64,000 nucleotides of DNA, taken from the NCBI RefSeq assembly GCF_006345805.1, contig NC_043015.1:28520001-28584000 (forward strand), in the 5' to 3' direction. This stretch comes from Octopus sinensis (Eukaryota). The position numbers and the translations under genes were made by a program. Numbering within the stretch: position 1 is the stretch's first letter; the number at the start of each line of letters is the position of its first letter. Below are positions 24,701 through 37,772 of this stretch, piece after piece. Under the pieces are notes generated by a model. It did no database searches. It saw nothing but the letters and a program-made list of their open reading frames with translations, and had not been told where the DNA came from.

Positions 24701-25243
24701 CAGAATAAATTCTTGCAAACATTTCAAAATATTTTATTAGACATTACTGTAATTAGAGACATCTATAAAAGCAAAGTCTGAAATCTCTTCTGAACAAACT
24801 CTAATTTTAACTTTTACATGAACATATTTCTTAACATAACACAGAGTTAATGTGTTTTAAACAGTTTTTAAAACAATTAAAAATTTATATGATTAATTAA
24901 TATAACCATTTTTTTCTCCAATATTTATCTGATATTTGGCACATATCTTAAAAGTTTCATTTATAAGATGATGTTGGAACTTAACCATGTTTGCATTTCA
25001 GAGACAAATTTGAATGGAGCAGGTTTAGTTTTCATTTTTTGCATATATGGTAAGATAAGGTATCAAGTACAATGATATACTCCACCTGCTGAGAGCCTGG
25101 TCAAATACTTGCAACAAAATGACATCCTCAAAAAAGGCCTAAATGTGCCTGGAGGTGATGTTGAACTAATTAGTGTAATACCAAGCTAGACCGGATCCTG
25201 TAAACCTAGACTCAATGGTTAATATTTAGTTTGTAGAATGACC

Positions 25244-25522
25244 TGTGGGATGACGTCAGCAGCTGGGTGCGTTGACCGGAAGCTGGGGCAACCGGAAGGG
25301 GCTGCTGTCAGGCGTGCGCAGGCAGCAGTCAATTGGGCCTTTCCAACGTGGGTCGTCCAAATGACAAGACGTGTGAGGATGGTGGCGAAGGGTCTGGGTG
25401 AGCAGCTGCTATCTTTAGTGTTCGGGTTGGAGCTGTGTCGAAGGATTAGCTACCACAGAAGGGTCTCCATCACGAGGAAGAGAAGGTAGGTGCCTTTATA
25501 TTCAAATCGTGCACACACCACA
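25244..25522. mobile_element. solo-LTR-like insertion, 279 bp
   Basis: TGTGG...CCACA with 5-bp TSD TGACC; empty sites agaatgaccgtgtg at ~12841 and ~54210. Confidence 0.85.
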
Positions 25523-26039
25523 TGACCGTGTGAAGGAGAGGTGACGAGAATGTCTCCTTTAGTACGCCGCACGGTCGATTACAATAAATAGGAAAAAGGA
25601 TGAATGAGTATGAATGCCAGCAGGAAAAGAGAGACACAACCAGTAGAATGTTTAAGAGAAAGATTTTATTGATAGGTTAACATGTGTGTCTGTGTGTGTG
25701 TCATGTATATATAATAATAGACAGGCCGTCATGTATACATAATGTGTGTGCAGAAACGTGGATGTATGCGTGTGCGATAAGTACAGAGCATTGAAAGAGT
25801 CTATAATAGGACGTTAGAAGAATGCAATGCAGAGCCAGTTGAGGCACATGTCATGCGTGAAGCTGTGGCTACTATGCAGAGCCGGTTACTTGGTACAGAA
25901 GGTTCTCGCAGGTTGTATCTGCTGTTAACCATGGTGAAATAATTCCTGAACAGTGTTGAGTAGAGGCCATTGATTGGTTAAAATCTGAAAAATTAAACTA
26001 CGTTAAACTTACAAATTACAATTTTCTCAAGAGAGCCAG

Positions 26040-27060
26040 AAATTGTGTTGAAAACTGCCGTTCAAAAGGAAAAGATCCTCTTTTTCTGCAAGGCCTTCCA
26101 CATGACCATATCACGCCATCCGACAAATTTTTTTTGGCTACATCCTTCAAGGAACATTTCTAGAGAATAGTAAGTTAAAGTGCGAGCAGATTATTGATAT
26201 TTTATATTATTGGGCAAAAGAAGATTTAGCAAAGGGAATAGCCCAGGAATGCCGTATAGATTGGAGAAATTTTTGCTGTGATATATGTGCAGAATATTAT
26301 GTTGCACAAAACATTAAGCTCGGAGGGCCAAACTGAATTGTAGAGATAGATGAAAGAGCGTTTGTTAGAAGAAAATATAATGTTGGCCATCAGGTTAAAA
26401 CGCAGTGGGTTTTTGGTGCTTTGGAAAGGGATACTAGAAGATGGTATTTGGTGGCAGTGGAAGATCGGACTGCGGACACTCTTTTAGAAATTATACAAGA
26501 GCGTATATAGCCTGGTACAACTGTAATTTCTAACCTCTGGCGTTCGTATAATACGCTCAATCAGCTAGGATATAGGCATTTGACTGTGAATCATCATCAT
26601 CATCATCATCATCGTTTAACGTCCGTTCTCCATGCTAGCATGGGTTGGACGGTTCGACCGGGGTTCTGGGAAGCCAGAAGGCTGCACCAGGCTCCAGTCT
26701 AATCTGGCAATGTTTCTACAGCTGGATGCCCTTCCTAACGCCAACCACTCCGTGAGTGTAGTGGGTGCTTTTTACGTGCCACCTGCACAGGTGCCAGGCG
26801 AGGCTGGCAACGGCCACGGTCAGATTGGTGTATTTTATGTGCCACCGGCAATAAATTTTGTTGATCCGGTAACATTTGCCACAACCAACCACATAGAATG
26901 TTTATGGAAGCATGTAAAGAATCGTAACAAAAGAGAAAATGGAACAGCCCGAAATTTACTTCAATCCCATCTCATTGAATTCATGTGGCATTATGAATTT
27001 AAGGACGAAATCTTTGGAAAGTTATTGGAACAAATTCAACATCTATACCCATGCATTTGA
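26040..27060 (+). pseudogene. Merlin-like transposase pseudogene with SINE insertion
   Basis: paralogue of 13360-14399. Confidence 0.85.
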
Positions 27061-27636
27061 AACGTTACAGAATAGAAGTATCTACAAAGCATTTGTTTTA
27101 TATTTCATTAAATTCTCTCAGTTGAAAATTATATTTTTATCTTCTAAATAATTTGCAATTTCAGAAAATATATTAACTTTGCATTTTTTAATTTGATAAG
27201 TTCTACGGAAACAAACAAGTGACGTCAGATTGAAGTCACACTTTCTTTTACTTTCCTCCTGACAGCTAATTCCGTAGTGGTGCCTGTAACAGGATGTAGC
27301 GCAACTACGTGCTCTTTTGTTTTCTTACACACACGCCGCCTCAATTCAGGTGGGGTAAACATTTAAATTAACATTTTTTTGTTGATGCTCATATCCCACC
27401 AATGGAGCACACGTGTGGCCCACTGGTATAATCATTAAAGGGGATGAGGAGTAAAAAAAAAAAAAATCATAAATTTTCCAAACCATTTTTTCATAACAAG
27501 ATGTTTCCCATCATTTCGAAGGTTGCGGTGAAAAACAATCGGGAAAACCCAGTCAAAAGGGAGAAATTCCAACTTATGTGGTCTTCTTGATCGGAAACTC
27601 CTCTCCCTGCTCCCTAAAAAATTTTTCCACCAGAAA

Positions 27637-28693
27637 GGCAATGTTTCGTTTGTAGTAGCACGCTTGTAGCACGTTTCCGTCGATTTCTGTAAAAAACTTT
27701 TATTTTTTTTACATATGGCTTTGCGGGAACATTTGAAGTAATGAGAGCGAAAGAGACTAAGAGGAAGCGATTTTATGACGAGGAAATTTCTTTTGAAGCT
27801 ATGAAAGCATTGATGTACGTGTGTGTGTGTGTTTGATGGGGTGTGGGAGACAGACAGTATGTTGTGTAAGTGAAGTGCTTCTGTTAGTGTGTGTGAAGAG
27901 ACAGAGAGAGTAATGTGTGAAAGAGAGAGATAACTGAAATTTTTTACTCGATTTATGGCTGCATGTATGTGTGTGTGTGTATGTATCTATGTATGTGTGT
28001 GTGTATGTATGTGTGTGTGTATGTATGTGCGCATGTATCTATGTATGTGTGTGTGTATGTATGGCCGATTCAGTAATTTTTTACTCGGTGTATGTGTATA
28101 TGTATGTCTGAATGTATGTATGTATGTGTGTATGTATCTATGTATCTGTGTATGTGTATGTATGTATGTATTTATGGCCGATTCAGTCTAATTTTTTACT
28201 CGGTGTATGTGTATATGTATGTCTGCATGTATGTATGTGTGTGTATGTATCTATGTATGTGTGTGTGTGTGTAAGTATGTGTAAAAAATTACACTGAATC
28301 GGCCATACATACATACATACATACTTACACATACATACATAGATACATACACACACACATACATATATACATACATCGAGTAAAAAATTTCAGTTATCTC
28401 TCTCTTTCACACATTACTCTCTCTCTGTCTCTTCACACACACTAACAGAAGCACTTCACTTACACAACATACTGTCTGTCTCCCACACCGCATCAAACAC
28501 ACACACACGTGTACATCAATGCTTTCATAGCTTCAAAAGAAATTTCCTCGTCATAAAATCGCTTCCTCTTCGTCTCTTTCGTTCTCATTACTTCAAATGT
28601 TTTTTTACGGAAATCGACGGAGGAAATCGACAATCGACGGAGGAAATCGACGGAAACGTGCTACAAGCGTGCTACTACAAACGAAACATTGCC
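27637..28693. mobile_element. foldback MITE, GGCAATGTTTCG...CGAAACATTGCC
   Basis: ~310 bp inverted arms around (TG)n/(CA)n microsatellites; GG-starting TIR consistent with Merlin. Confidence 0.85.
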
Positions 28694-28698
28694 GAAAT

Positions 28699-29029
28699 GG
28701 CAATGTTTCGTTTGTAGTAGCACGCTTGTAGCACGTTTCCGTCGATTTCCGTAAAAAACTTTTATTTTTTTACATATGGCTTTGCGGGAACATTTGAAGT
28801 AATGAGAGCGAAAGAGACTAAGAGGAAGCGATTTTATGACGAGGAAATTTCTTTTGAAGCTATGAAAGCATTGATGTACGTGTGTGTGTGTGTTTGATGG
28901 GGTGTGGGAGACAGACAGTATGTTGTGTAAGTGAAGTGCTTCTGTTAGTGTGTGTGAAGAGACAGAGAGAGTAATGTGTGAAAGAGAGACATAACTGAAA
29001 TTTTTTGCTACTACAAACGAAACATTGCC
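28699..29029. mobile_element. second, internally deleted MITE in tandem
   Basis: both TIRs present, right arm missing. Confidence 0.8.
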
Positions 29030-29246
29030 CCATTGGCTCCTGAAAGTTATGAGGGAAAAAATCGGATTGTGTGAATTTTCCGAAAGTCCTCTCCTCCTCT
29101 CCGTTTCGTTTACGCAAATTTTGTTTTCCAGATTCGTTAACTTTTTTCTTCTTGTTCTGGTGGCCAGGTATTAAACTTGTAGTGTGATGGATGAAGAAGA
29201 CAACAGAAAAAGAAGCAACGGGAGAAAGAAATACAAAAGGCCTTAC

Positions 29247-29372
29247 CTCTTCGAAATCAGCGGTCTCTTTCACGAATTCTACACGTCTTAACGCTTTCCC
29301 GTCTATGTTGGAACTGTCCTGCTTGACAAACTCCTGCTGCGCATGCATTCTGCAGTCTTCCGCCCACTTCAT
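29247..29372 (-). other. unidentified exon-like segment MKWAEDC...KETADFEE followed by a splice donor (also at 36702-36827, 56437-56562; truncated at 15362-15450)
   Basis: ATG, 42 open codons, GAG|gtaagg; CpG-rich; function unknown. Confidence 0.4.
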
Positions 29373-31138
29373 CTATCACCAGTGCACCACTTAGCTCATC
29401 ACATCCTATAACACCGACTGCCAACACCACAAAACTAGGTAGTAACCGATTCGCTGGCAGAAAAGTTAGCACGACGGGCGAAATGCTTAGCGGTATTTCG
29501 TCAGCGATACGTTGTGAGTTCAAATTCCGCCATGGTCGAGTTTGCCTTTCATCCTTTCGTGGTCGATAAATTAAGTACCAGTTACGCACTGGGGTCGATG
29601 TAATCGACTTAATCCCTTTGTCTGTCCTTGTTTGTCCATTCTGTGTTTAGCCCCTTGTGGGTAGTAAAGAAATATATATTTAAGTATGCTGTGCATGAGA
29701 AGATCTGGGAGGCCAAGTAAGACCATAAGCCATGACCTCAACATGGGATGTAGCCAATCCACTTATGCATACCTTTCCTTCTAGGGACACAAAACTCTGC
29801 TTGTGAAGACCTGTTGAGGCAAGTGAAAATCAAAATCGAAATTGATGAACATCAATGGAAATTGCAGCTGTGATACCAGTGCCGGTGGTATGTAAGAGAA
29901 CCATCCGAACGTGGCCGTTGCCAGCGCCACCCCGTCTGGCCTCGGAAAAAGCACCCACTACACTCACGGAGTGGTTGGCATTAGGAAGGGCTTCTTAACT
30001 ATACAGCAACAACTGTACTCTAGAAAATTTGACTGCTCCTGGGTGGGCTTGCACCATTTATTTTTTAGTCCGTTGCCAGCCCCGCCTGGCCCTCGTGCCG
30101 GTGGCACGTAAAAAGCACCATCCGACCGTGGCCGTTTGCCAGCCCCATCTGACACCTGTGCTGGTGGCACGTAAAAAGCACCCACTACACTCACGGAGTG
30201 GTTGGCGTTAGGAAGGGCATCCAGCCATAGAAAAACTGCCAGATCAGACTGGGCCTGATGCAGCCTTCTGGCTTTCCAGACCCCAGTTTGAACCGTCCAA
30301 CCCATGCTAGCACGGAAAGCGGACGCATGATGATGATGATGATCATGATGATGATGATTTGTTTGCATCTTGCTTAATATTTTCAAATATTTTTTTAAAT
30401 GGAAATGTTGGTTTGTAAATATTAAATGAAGCCCCATCACTGGAATTTCAGTAACAGCAACAAAAATAGAAAAGTAGATGGGAATTTCTTCACTGATTCT
30501 TGTTCTACTTATAGATAGAACATTCTAGAATAGACGGTATATATTCTCTTTGCTACCTTGAGAATATATATGTATATGGTACATTGGCTGTTAACTTTCC
30601 AAAAGTTTTGTAATGCCGCAATTATTGAAACAATGTAATTAGTTTATCAAGATCCAAGACATAATTACGAAGGGTGAACACGGGCGCTCAAAAATTTCGA
30701 ATGTCTAAATTTAAAACAAAGAATATAAAAGCCAGATGCAATCAACACATACATAGTAATGGAATATTTACTGAGATACTTTATTAATATGAAACATACA
30801 AATATTGATTTCACTTTATTCAACCAGAAAATAACGTTTACAGGCAACAGTAGATATATTGTTAAAATAGTAAACTTGCAAAGAAAGGATACTTTAAAAA
30901 GTGTCAAATTTTTCTGTCAATGTATGGCATATACAAATTCATAATATTGATTTAGATTAATGTGGTATTATAATATATCATTGAATAGATATGACCTTGG
31001 TTCTACACAATTACAATTATAATGTCCTAAGTCATTTTACTAAAAAAACGATTCTAAATAAATTTGTTCAGTTACATTCTCCACATAATACAATGTAGTA
31101 TTCCATAAGAGGGAAATCTTTGACAGGGCAATATCATC

Positions 31139-32299
31139 TCATGTTGTAGGATTTGTTACTTTACCAATGAAATGGATCATTTTAGTTTGGTTGTCAACAA
31201 TTAAAAATGTGAATGGGTGATTGACATCAAAATCCATAGGCATACCAAAATAGCCTGACAAATCCATCGCGAACATTCCAGTTGCAGCTGCAGCTTCCGT
31301 CCCTTCTTCATTAACTTCAACAAATGCTTTATGAAACATTTCACTGGCATAAATATTCTTCTCACCACCAGTCATTCCAGATAAATCAGCTTTTTGAGGA
31401 TCAAAAATATCAGAGAGTCCAAGCTTTATCAAAACTTCACCTAACTGAAAACTACTCTCTAAACGAAATTTTGGCATACGTAATTCTAGAAACAACCCTT
31501 CAAATCCTTTTCTGTCTATAATATCTTTGAGAAATTGAGCATTGATCTCCTTCTCTAAAGCAGCAAGACCATTGATTTCATTGGGAAGAATTACAAACAT
31601 ACTAAATGCTTTCCCTATATAACGTAACTCAACCACTTTATAGTTGTCACTTATTTTTGAATTAAAACCTTCAGATAGATACATAAAATCATGAGATACA
31701 GTCTTGTCAGAGCTTAAATAAAACTTTCTAGATGATGTTGCTCTTTCTGAGAATATTTCAGCCCACGTTCCTTTGAAGTATACAGCATTAATAAGAACTA
31801 GAACCGATTGAGGTGTCAAACTTCCACTTGGTAACAGATCAGTAATTTTGTTATTTGTGGTATTCTTAACCCAATCATTAATAGTTATTCTTGTCTTCTC
31901 AGCATTTGTTATAAAGTCTACATTTTCAATATCTGAAAAGAAATATTTTACCATGTTGTTCTTGTAGTCTTCTGAAATAGGGAATTTTTCATTGGCACAC
32001 AAACGATTCACTAAATTGGATGTGACGCGTTTATCTGAGTTTTTCAAAAGTGAAAAATATTCTTTAAAAGCTAAAGCTACAGAATCTGGATTTGATGTTA
32101 TCTTCAAAACATTTTCAAACTGTTTGGCAGAGTTTTGTCTTGCTCCCAAATAAACCATTGATAAAACAGTAGCAACACTGAATGGTGACATGAAGACATT
32201 TTCATTGATTCCTGTAGCCACAGCTTGATAAAGACTGTTTGTAAAATAATCAATTGAAGCAGCAAGGTTACTGATGTCTTGTTTCTTTGCTGAGTCCAT
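31139..32299 (-). CDS. serpin copy 2, 386 aa, intact; RCL TGMFAMDL|SGY
   Basis: same scaffold motifs as copy 1. Confidence 0.97.
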   Translation of the reverse strand: MDSAKKQDISNLAASIDYFTNSLYQAVATGINENVFMSPFSVATVLSMVYLGARQNSAKQFENVLKITSNPDSVALAFKEYFSLLKNSDKRVTSNLVNRLCANEKFPISEDYKNNMVKYFFSDIENVDFITNAEKTRITINDWVKNTTNNKITDLLPSGSLTPQSVLVLINAVYFKGTWAEIFSERATSSRKFYLSSDKTVSHDFMYLSEGFNSKISDNYKVVELRYIGKAFSMFVILPNEINGLAALEKEINAQFLKDIIDRKGFEGLFLELRMPKFRLESSFQLGEVLIKLGLSDIFDPQKADLSGMTGGEKNIYASEMFHKAFVEVNEEGTEAAAATGMFAMDLSGYFGMPMDFDVNHPFTFLIVDNQTKMIHFIGKVTNPTT

Positions 32300-32890
32300 A
32301 TTGTATACGATAGTATCTGGAGAATATAGAATATGAAGAGAAAATATACAGAATAAATTCTTGCAAACATTTCAAAATATTTTATTAGACATTACTGTAA
32401 TTAGAGACATCTATAAAAGCAAAGTCTGAAATCTCTTCTGATCAAACTCTAATTTTAACTTTTACATGAACATATTTTTAACATAACACAGAGTTAATGT
32501 GTTTTAAACAGTTTTTAAAATAATTAAAAATTTATATGATTAATTAATATAACCATTTTTTTCTCCAATATTTATCTGATATTTGGCACATATCTTAAAA
32601 GTTTCATTTATAAGATGATGTTGGAACTTAACCATGTTTGCATTTCAGAGACAAATTTGAATGGAGCAGGTTTAGTTTTCATTTTTTGCATATATGGTAA
32701 GATAAGGTATCAAGTACAATGATATACTCCACCTGCTGAGAGCCTGGTCAAATACTTGCAACAAAATGACATCCTCAAAAAAGGCCTTAATGTGCCTGGA
32801 GGTGATGTTGAACTAATTAGTGTAATACCAAGCTAGACCGGATCCTGTAAACCTAGACTCAATGGTTAATATTTAGTTTGTAGAATGACC

Positions 32891-33169
32891 TGTGGGATGA
32901 CGTCAGCAGCTGGGTGCGTTGACCGGAAGCTGGGGCAACCGGAAAGGGCTGCTGTCAGGCGTGCGCAGGCAGCAGTCAATTGGGCCTTTCCAACGTGGGT
33001 CGTCCAAATGACAAGACGTGTGAGGATGGTGGCGAAGGGTCTGGGTGAGCAGCTGCTATCTTTAGTGTTCGGGTTGGAGCTGTGTCGAAGGATTAGCTAC
33101 CACAGAAGGGTCTCCATCACGAGGAAGAGAAGGTAGGTGCCTTTATATTCAAATCGTGCACACACCACA
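32891..33169. mobile_element. solo-LTR-like insertion (copy)
   Basis: TGTGG...CCACA, TSD TGACC. Confidence 0.85.
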
Positions 33170-33689
33170 TGACCGTGTGAAGGAGAGGTGACGAGAATGT
33201 CTCCTTTAGTACGCCGCACGGTCGATTACAATAAATAGGAAAAAGGATGAATGAGTATGAATGCCAGCAGGAAAAGAGAGACACAACCAGTAGAATGTTT
33301 AAGAGAAAGATTTTATTGATAGGTTAACATGTGTGTCTGTGTGTGTGTGTCATGTATATATAATAATAGACAGGCCGTCATGTATACATAATGTGTGTGC
33401 AGAAACGTGGATGTATGCGTGTGCGATAAGTACAGAGCATTGAAAGAGTCTATAATAGGACGTTAGAAGAATGCAATGCAGAGCCAGTTGAGGCACATGT
33501 CATGCGTGAAGCTGTGGCTACTATGCAGAGCCGGTTACTTGGTACAGAAGGTTCTCGCAGGTTGTATCTGCTGTTAACCATGGTGAAATAATTCATGAAC
33601 AGTGTTGAGTAGAGGCCATTGATTGGTTAAAATCTGAAAAATTAAACTACGTTAAACTTACAAATTACAATTTTCTCAAGAGAGCCAGA

Positions 33690-34727
33690 AATTGTGTTGA
33701 AAACTGCCGTTCAAAAGAAATAGATCCTCCTTTTCTAATTGAAACCATTTTTCTGCAAGGCCTTCCACATGACCATATCACGCCATCCGACAAATTTTTT
33801 TTGGCTACATCCTTCAAGGAACATTTCTAGAGAATAGTAAGTTAAAGTGCGAGCAGATTATTGATATTTTATATTATTGGGCAAAAGAAGATTTAGCAAA
33901 GGGAATAGCCCAGGAATGCCGTATAGATTGGAGAAATTTTTGCTGTGATATATGTGCAGAATATTATGTTGCACAAAACATTAAGCTCGGAGGGCCAAAC
34001 TGAATTGTAGAGATAGATGAAAGAGCGTTTGTTAGAAGAAAATATAATGTTGGCCATCAGGTTAAAACGCAGTGGGTTTTTGGTGCTTTGGAAAGGGATA
34101 CTAGAAGATGGTATTTGGTGGCAGTGGAAGATCGGACTGCGGACACTCTTTTAGAAATTATACAAGAGCGTATATAGCCTGGTACAACTGTAATTTCTAA
34201 CCTCTGGCGTTCGTATAATACGCTCAATCAGCTAGGATATAGGCATTTGACTGTGAATCATCATCATCATCATCATCATCGTTTAACGTCCGTTCTCCAT
34301 GCTAGCATGGGTTGGACGGTTCGACCGGGGTTCTGGGAAGCCAGAAGGCTGCACCAGGCTCCAGTCTAATCTGGCAATGTTTCTACAGCTGGATGCCCTT
34401 CCTAACGCCAACCACTCCGTGAGTGTAGTGGGTGCTTTTTACGTGCCACCTGCACAGGTGCCAGGCGAGGCTGGCAACGGCCACGGTCAGATTGGTGTAT
34501 TTTATGTGCCACCGGCAATAAATTTTGTTGATCCGGTAACATTTGCCACAACCAACCACATAGAATGTTTATGGAAGCATGTAAAGAATCGTAACAAAAG
34601 AGAAAATGGAACAGCCCGAAATTTACTTCAATCCCATCTCATTGAATTCATGTGGCATTATGAATTTAAGGACGAAATCTTTGGAAAGTTATTGGAACAA
34701 ATTCAACATCTATACCCATGCATTTGA
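33690..34727 (+). pseudogene. Merlin-like transposase pseudogene with SINE insertion
   Basis: paralogue of 13360-14399. Confidence 0.85.
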
Positions 34728-34751
34728 AACGTTACAGAATAGAAGTATCTA

Positions 34752-35270
34752 CAAAGCATTTGTTTTATATTTCATTAAATTCTCTCAGTTGAAAATTATA
34801 TTTTTATATTCTAAATAATTTGCAATTTCAGAAAATATATTAACTTTGCATTTTTTAATTTGATAAGTTCTACGGAAACAAACAAGTGACGTCAGATTGA
34901 AGTCACACTTTCTTTTACTTTCCTCCTGACAGCTAATTCCGTAGTGGTGCCTGTAACAGGATGTAGCGCAACTACGTGCTCTTTTGTTTTCTTACACACA
35001 CGCCGCCTTACACACAAGCATTTGTTTTATATTTCATTAAATTCTCTCAGTTGAAAATTATATTTTTATATTCTAAATAATTTGCAATTTCAGAAAATAT
35101 ATTAACTTTGCATTTTTTAATTTGATAAGTTCTACGGAAACAAACAAGTGACGTCAGATTGAAGTCACACTTTCTTTTACTTTCCTCCTGACAGCTAATT
35201 CCGTAGTGGTGCCTGTAACAGGATGTAGCGCAACTACGTGCTCTTTTGTTTTCTTACACACACGCCGCCT
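34752..35270. repeat. tandem duplication of ~262 bp private to this unit
   Basis: aagcatttgttttata...cacacgccgcct twice, with junction filler tacacac. Confidence 0.9.
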
Positions 35271-35636
35271 CAATTCAGGTGGGGTAAACATTTAAATTAA
35301 CATTTTTTTGTTGATGCTCACATCCCACCAATGGAGCACACGTGTGGCCCACTGGTATAATCATTAAAGGGGATGAGGAGTAAAAAAAAAAAAATCATAA
35401 ATTTTCCAAACCATTTTTTCATAACAAGATGTTTCCCATCATTTCGAAGGTTGTGGTGAAAAACAATCGGGAAAACCCAGTCAAAAGGGAGAAATTCAAA
35501 CTTATGTGGTCTTCTTGATCGGAAACTCCTCTCCCTGCTCCTTAAAAAATTTTTCCACGAGAAATTTCTTTATAATCTTAATCTATGCTGTTTGAAAGGT
35601 ATTTATATAAAATTTGATTAAAAGATATCCCTTTTC

Positions 35637-36484
35637 GGCAATGTGTCGTTTGTAGTAGCACGCTTGTAGCACGTTTCCGTCGATTTCTGTAAAAAACTTT
35701 TATTTTTTTTACATATGGCTTTGCGGGAACATTTGAAGTAATGAGAGCGAAAGAGACTAAGAGGAAGCGATTTTATGACGAGGAAATTTCTTTTGAAGCT
35801 ATGAAAGCATTGATGTACGTGTGTGTGTGTGTTTGATGGGGTGTGGGAGACAGACAGTATGTTGTGTAAGTGAAGTGCTTCTGTTAGTGTGTGTGAAGAG
35901 ACAGAGAGAGTAATGTGTGAAAGAGAGAGATAACTGAAATTTTTTACTCGATTTATGGCTGCATGTATGTGTGTGTGTGTATGTATCTATGTATGTGTGT
36001 GTGTATGTATGTGTGTGTGTATGTATGGCCGATTCAGTAATTTTTTACTCGGTGTATGTGTATATGTATGTCTGCATGTATGTATGTGTGTGTATGTATC
36101 TATGTATGTGTGTGTGTGTGTAAGTATGTGTAAAAAATTACACTGAATCGGCCATACATACATACATACATACATATATACATACATCGAGTAAAAAATT
36201 TCAGTTATCTCTCTCTTTCACACATTACTCTCTCTCTGTCTCTTCACACACACTAACAGAAGCACTTCACTTACACAACATACTGTCTGTCTCCCACACC
36301 GCATCAAACACACACACACGTGTACATCAATGCTTTCATAGCTTCAAAAGAAATTTCCTCGTCATAAAATCGCTTCCTCTTCGTCTCTTTCGTTCTCATT
36401 ACTTCAAATGTTTTTTTACGGAAATCGACGGAGGAAATCGACGGAAACGTGCTACAAGCGTGCTACTACAAACGAAACATTGCC
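35637..36484. mobile_element. foldback MITE
   Basis: TIRs at both ends; empty site gatatccattttcctgaaag at ~56217-56236; degenerate ~8-bp TSD. Confidence 0.85.
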
Positions 36485-37772
36485 CCATTGGCTCCTGAAA
36501 GTTATGAGGGAAAAAATCGGATTGTGTGAATTTTCCGAAAGTCCTCTCCTCCTCTCCGTTTCGTTTACGCAAATTTTGTTTTCCAGATTCGTTAACTTTT
36601 TTCTTCTTGTTCTGGTGGCCGGGTATTAAACTTGTAGTGTGATGGATGAAGAAGACAACAGAAAAAGAAGCAACGGGAGAAAGAAATACAAAAGGCCTTA
36701 CCTCTTCGAAATCAGCGGTCTCTTTCACGAATTCTACACGTCTTATCGCTTTCCCGTCTATGTTGGAACTGTCCTGCTTGACAAACTCCTGCTGCGCATG
36801 CATTCTGCAGTCTTCCGCCCACTTCATCTATCACCAGTGCACCACTTAGCTCATCACATCCTATAACACCGACTGCCAACACCACAAAACTAGGGAGTAA
36901 CCGATTCGCTGGCAGAAAAGTTAGCACGACGGGCGAAATGCTTAGCGGTATTTCGTCAGCGATACGTTCTGGGTTCAAATTCCGCCAAGGTCGACTTTGC
37001 CTTTTATCCTTTCGGGGTCGATAAATTAAGTACCAGTTACGCACTGGTGTCGATGTAATGGACTGAATACCTATGTCTGTCCTTGTTTGTCCCCTCTGTG
37101 TTTAGCCCCTTGTGGGTAATAAAGAAATAGCTATCCCAGACACTCCTATTAGATTGATACAGAAATTAACCGTTTTCTTATTTTTCAAGGTAGGATATGA
37201 TTTTAGGAAGATTTGGCTGGTCTATTGACCACGTAGGGGTTTTCTCTTTGACTCATATCTAGATTTTGATGTCAGCCAAGTTTTTTAAAGAATGAAAGTT
37301 TTCGAAAATGAACACGCTAATAATAAATAATTTCCATTATTTTATTTCATACAAAAACATTCGGTTAATGTGAATAACTTGTCTTATTTTATCTAAAAAG
37401 ACGAAGTGAAAAAAAAAAAAGAATTTAATCTGCTACATGGTGAAGTTTTGCCGTGATTTGACTTTCAAATAATGCATGACAAAACTATGGAATGTCGTCG
37501 ATAATGAAGAGACTTTGCGAGGAAAGTTCGAGCGACGTGGCAATGAATGTGAAGTAATTAGTATGTCGAGTTTCGTTCCTTGCTGATAGAGTTAAAATGG
37601 GAGAAACATTTTTGTTTTAAAATTTCTATAGCGCAAAATAGAAGTTAACTGCAGCATAAAGTAGAAAAGAAGTTCTGCCGACGACCACGTAGACTGCAGT
37701 TGACTCCAGAATGTGTACGGTAGACTAATTAACGATCTCGGCGTATAATGTGTGATGAACCAGAAATAATAA

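Noticed and set aside
25238-25489. Conserved 83-aa ORF MTCGMTS... (three copies)
   Set aside because: Lies inside the solo-LTR-like insertion and its ATG overlaps the TSD; conservation reflects recent duplication
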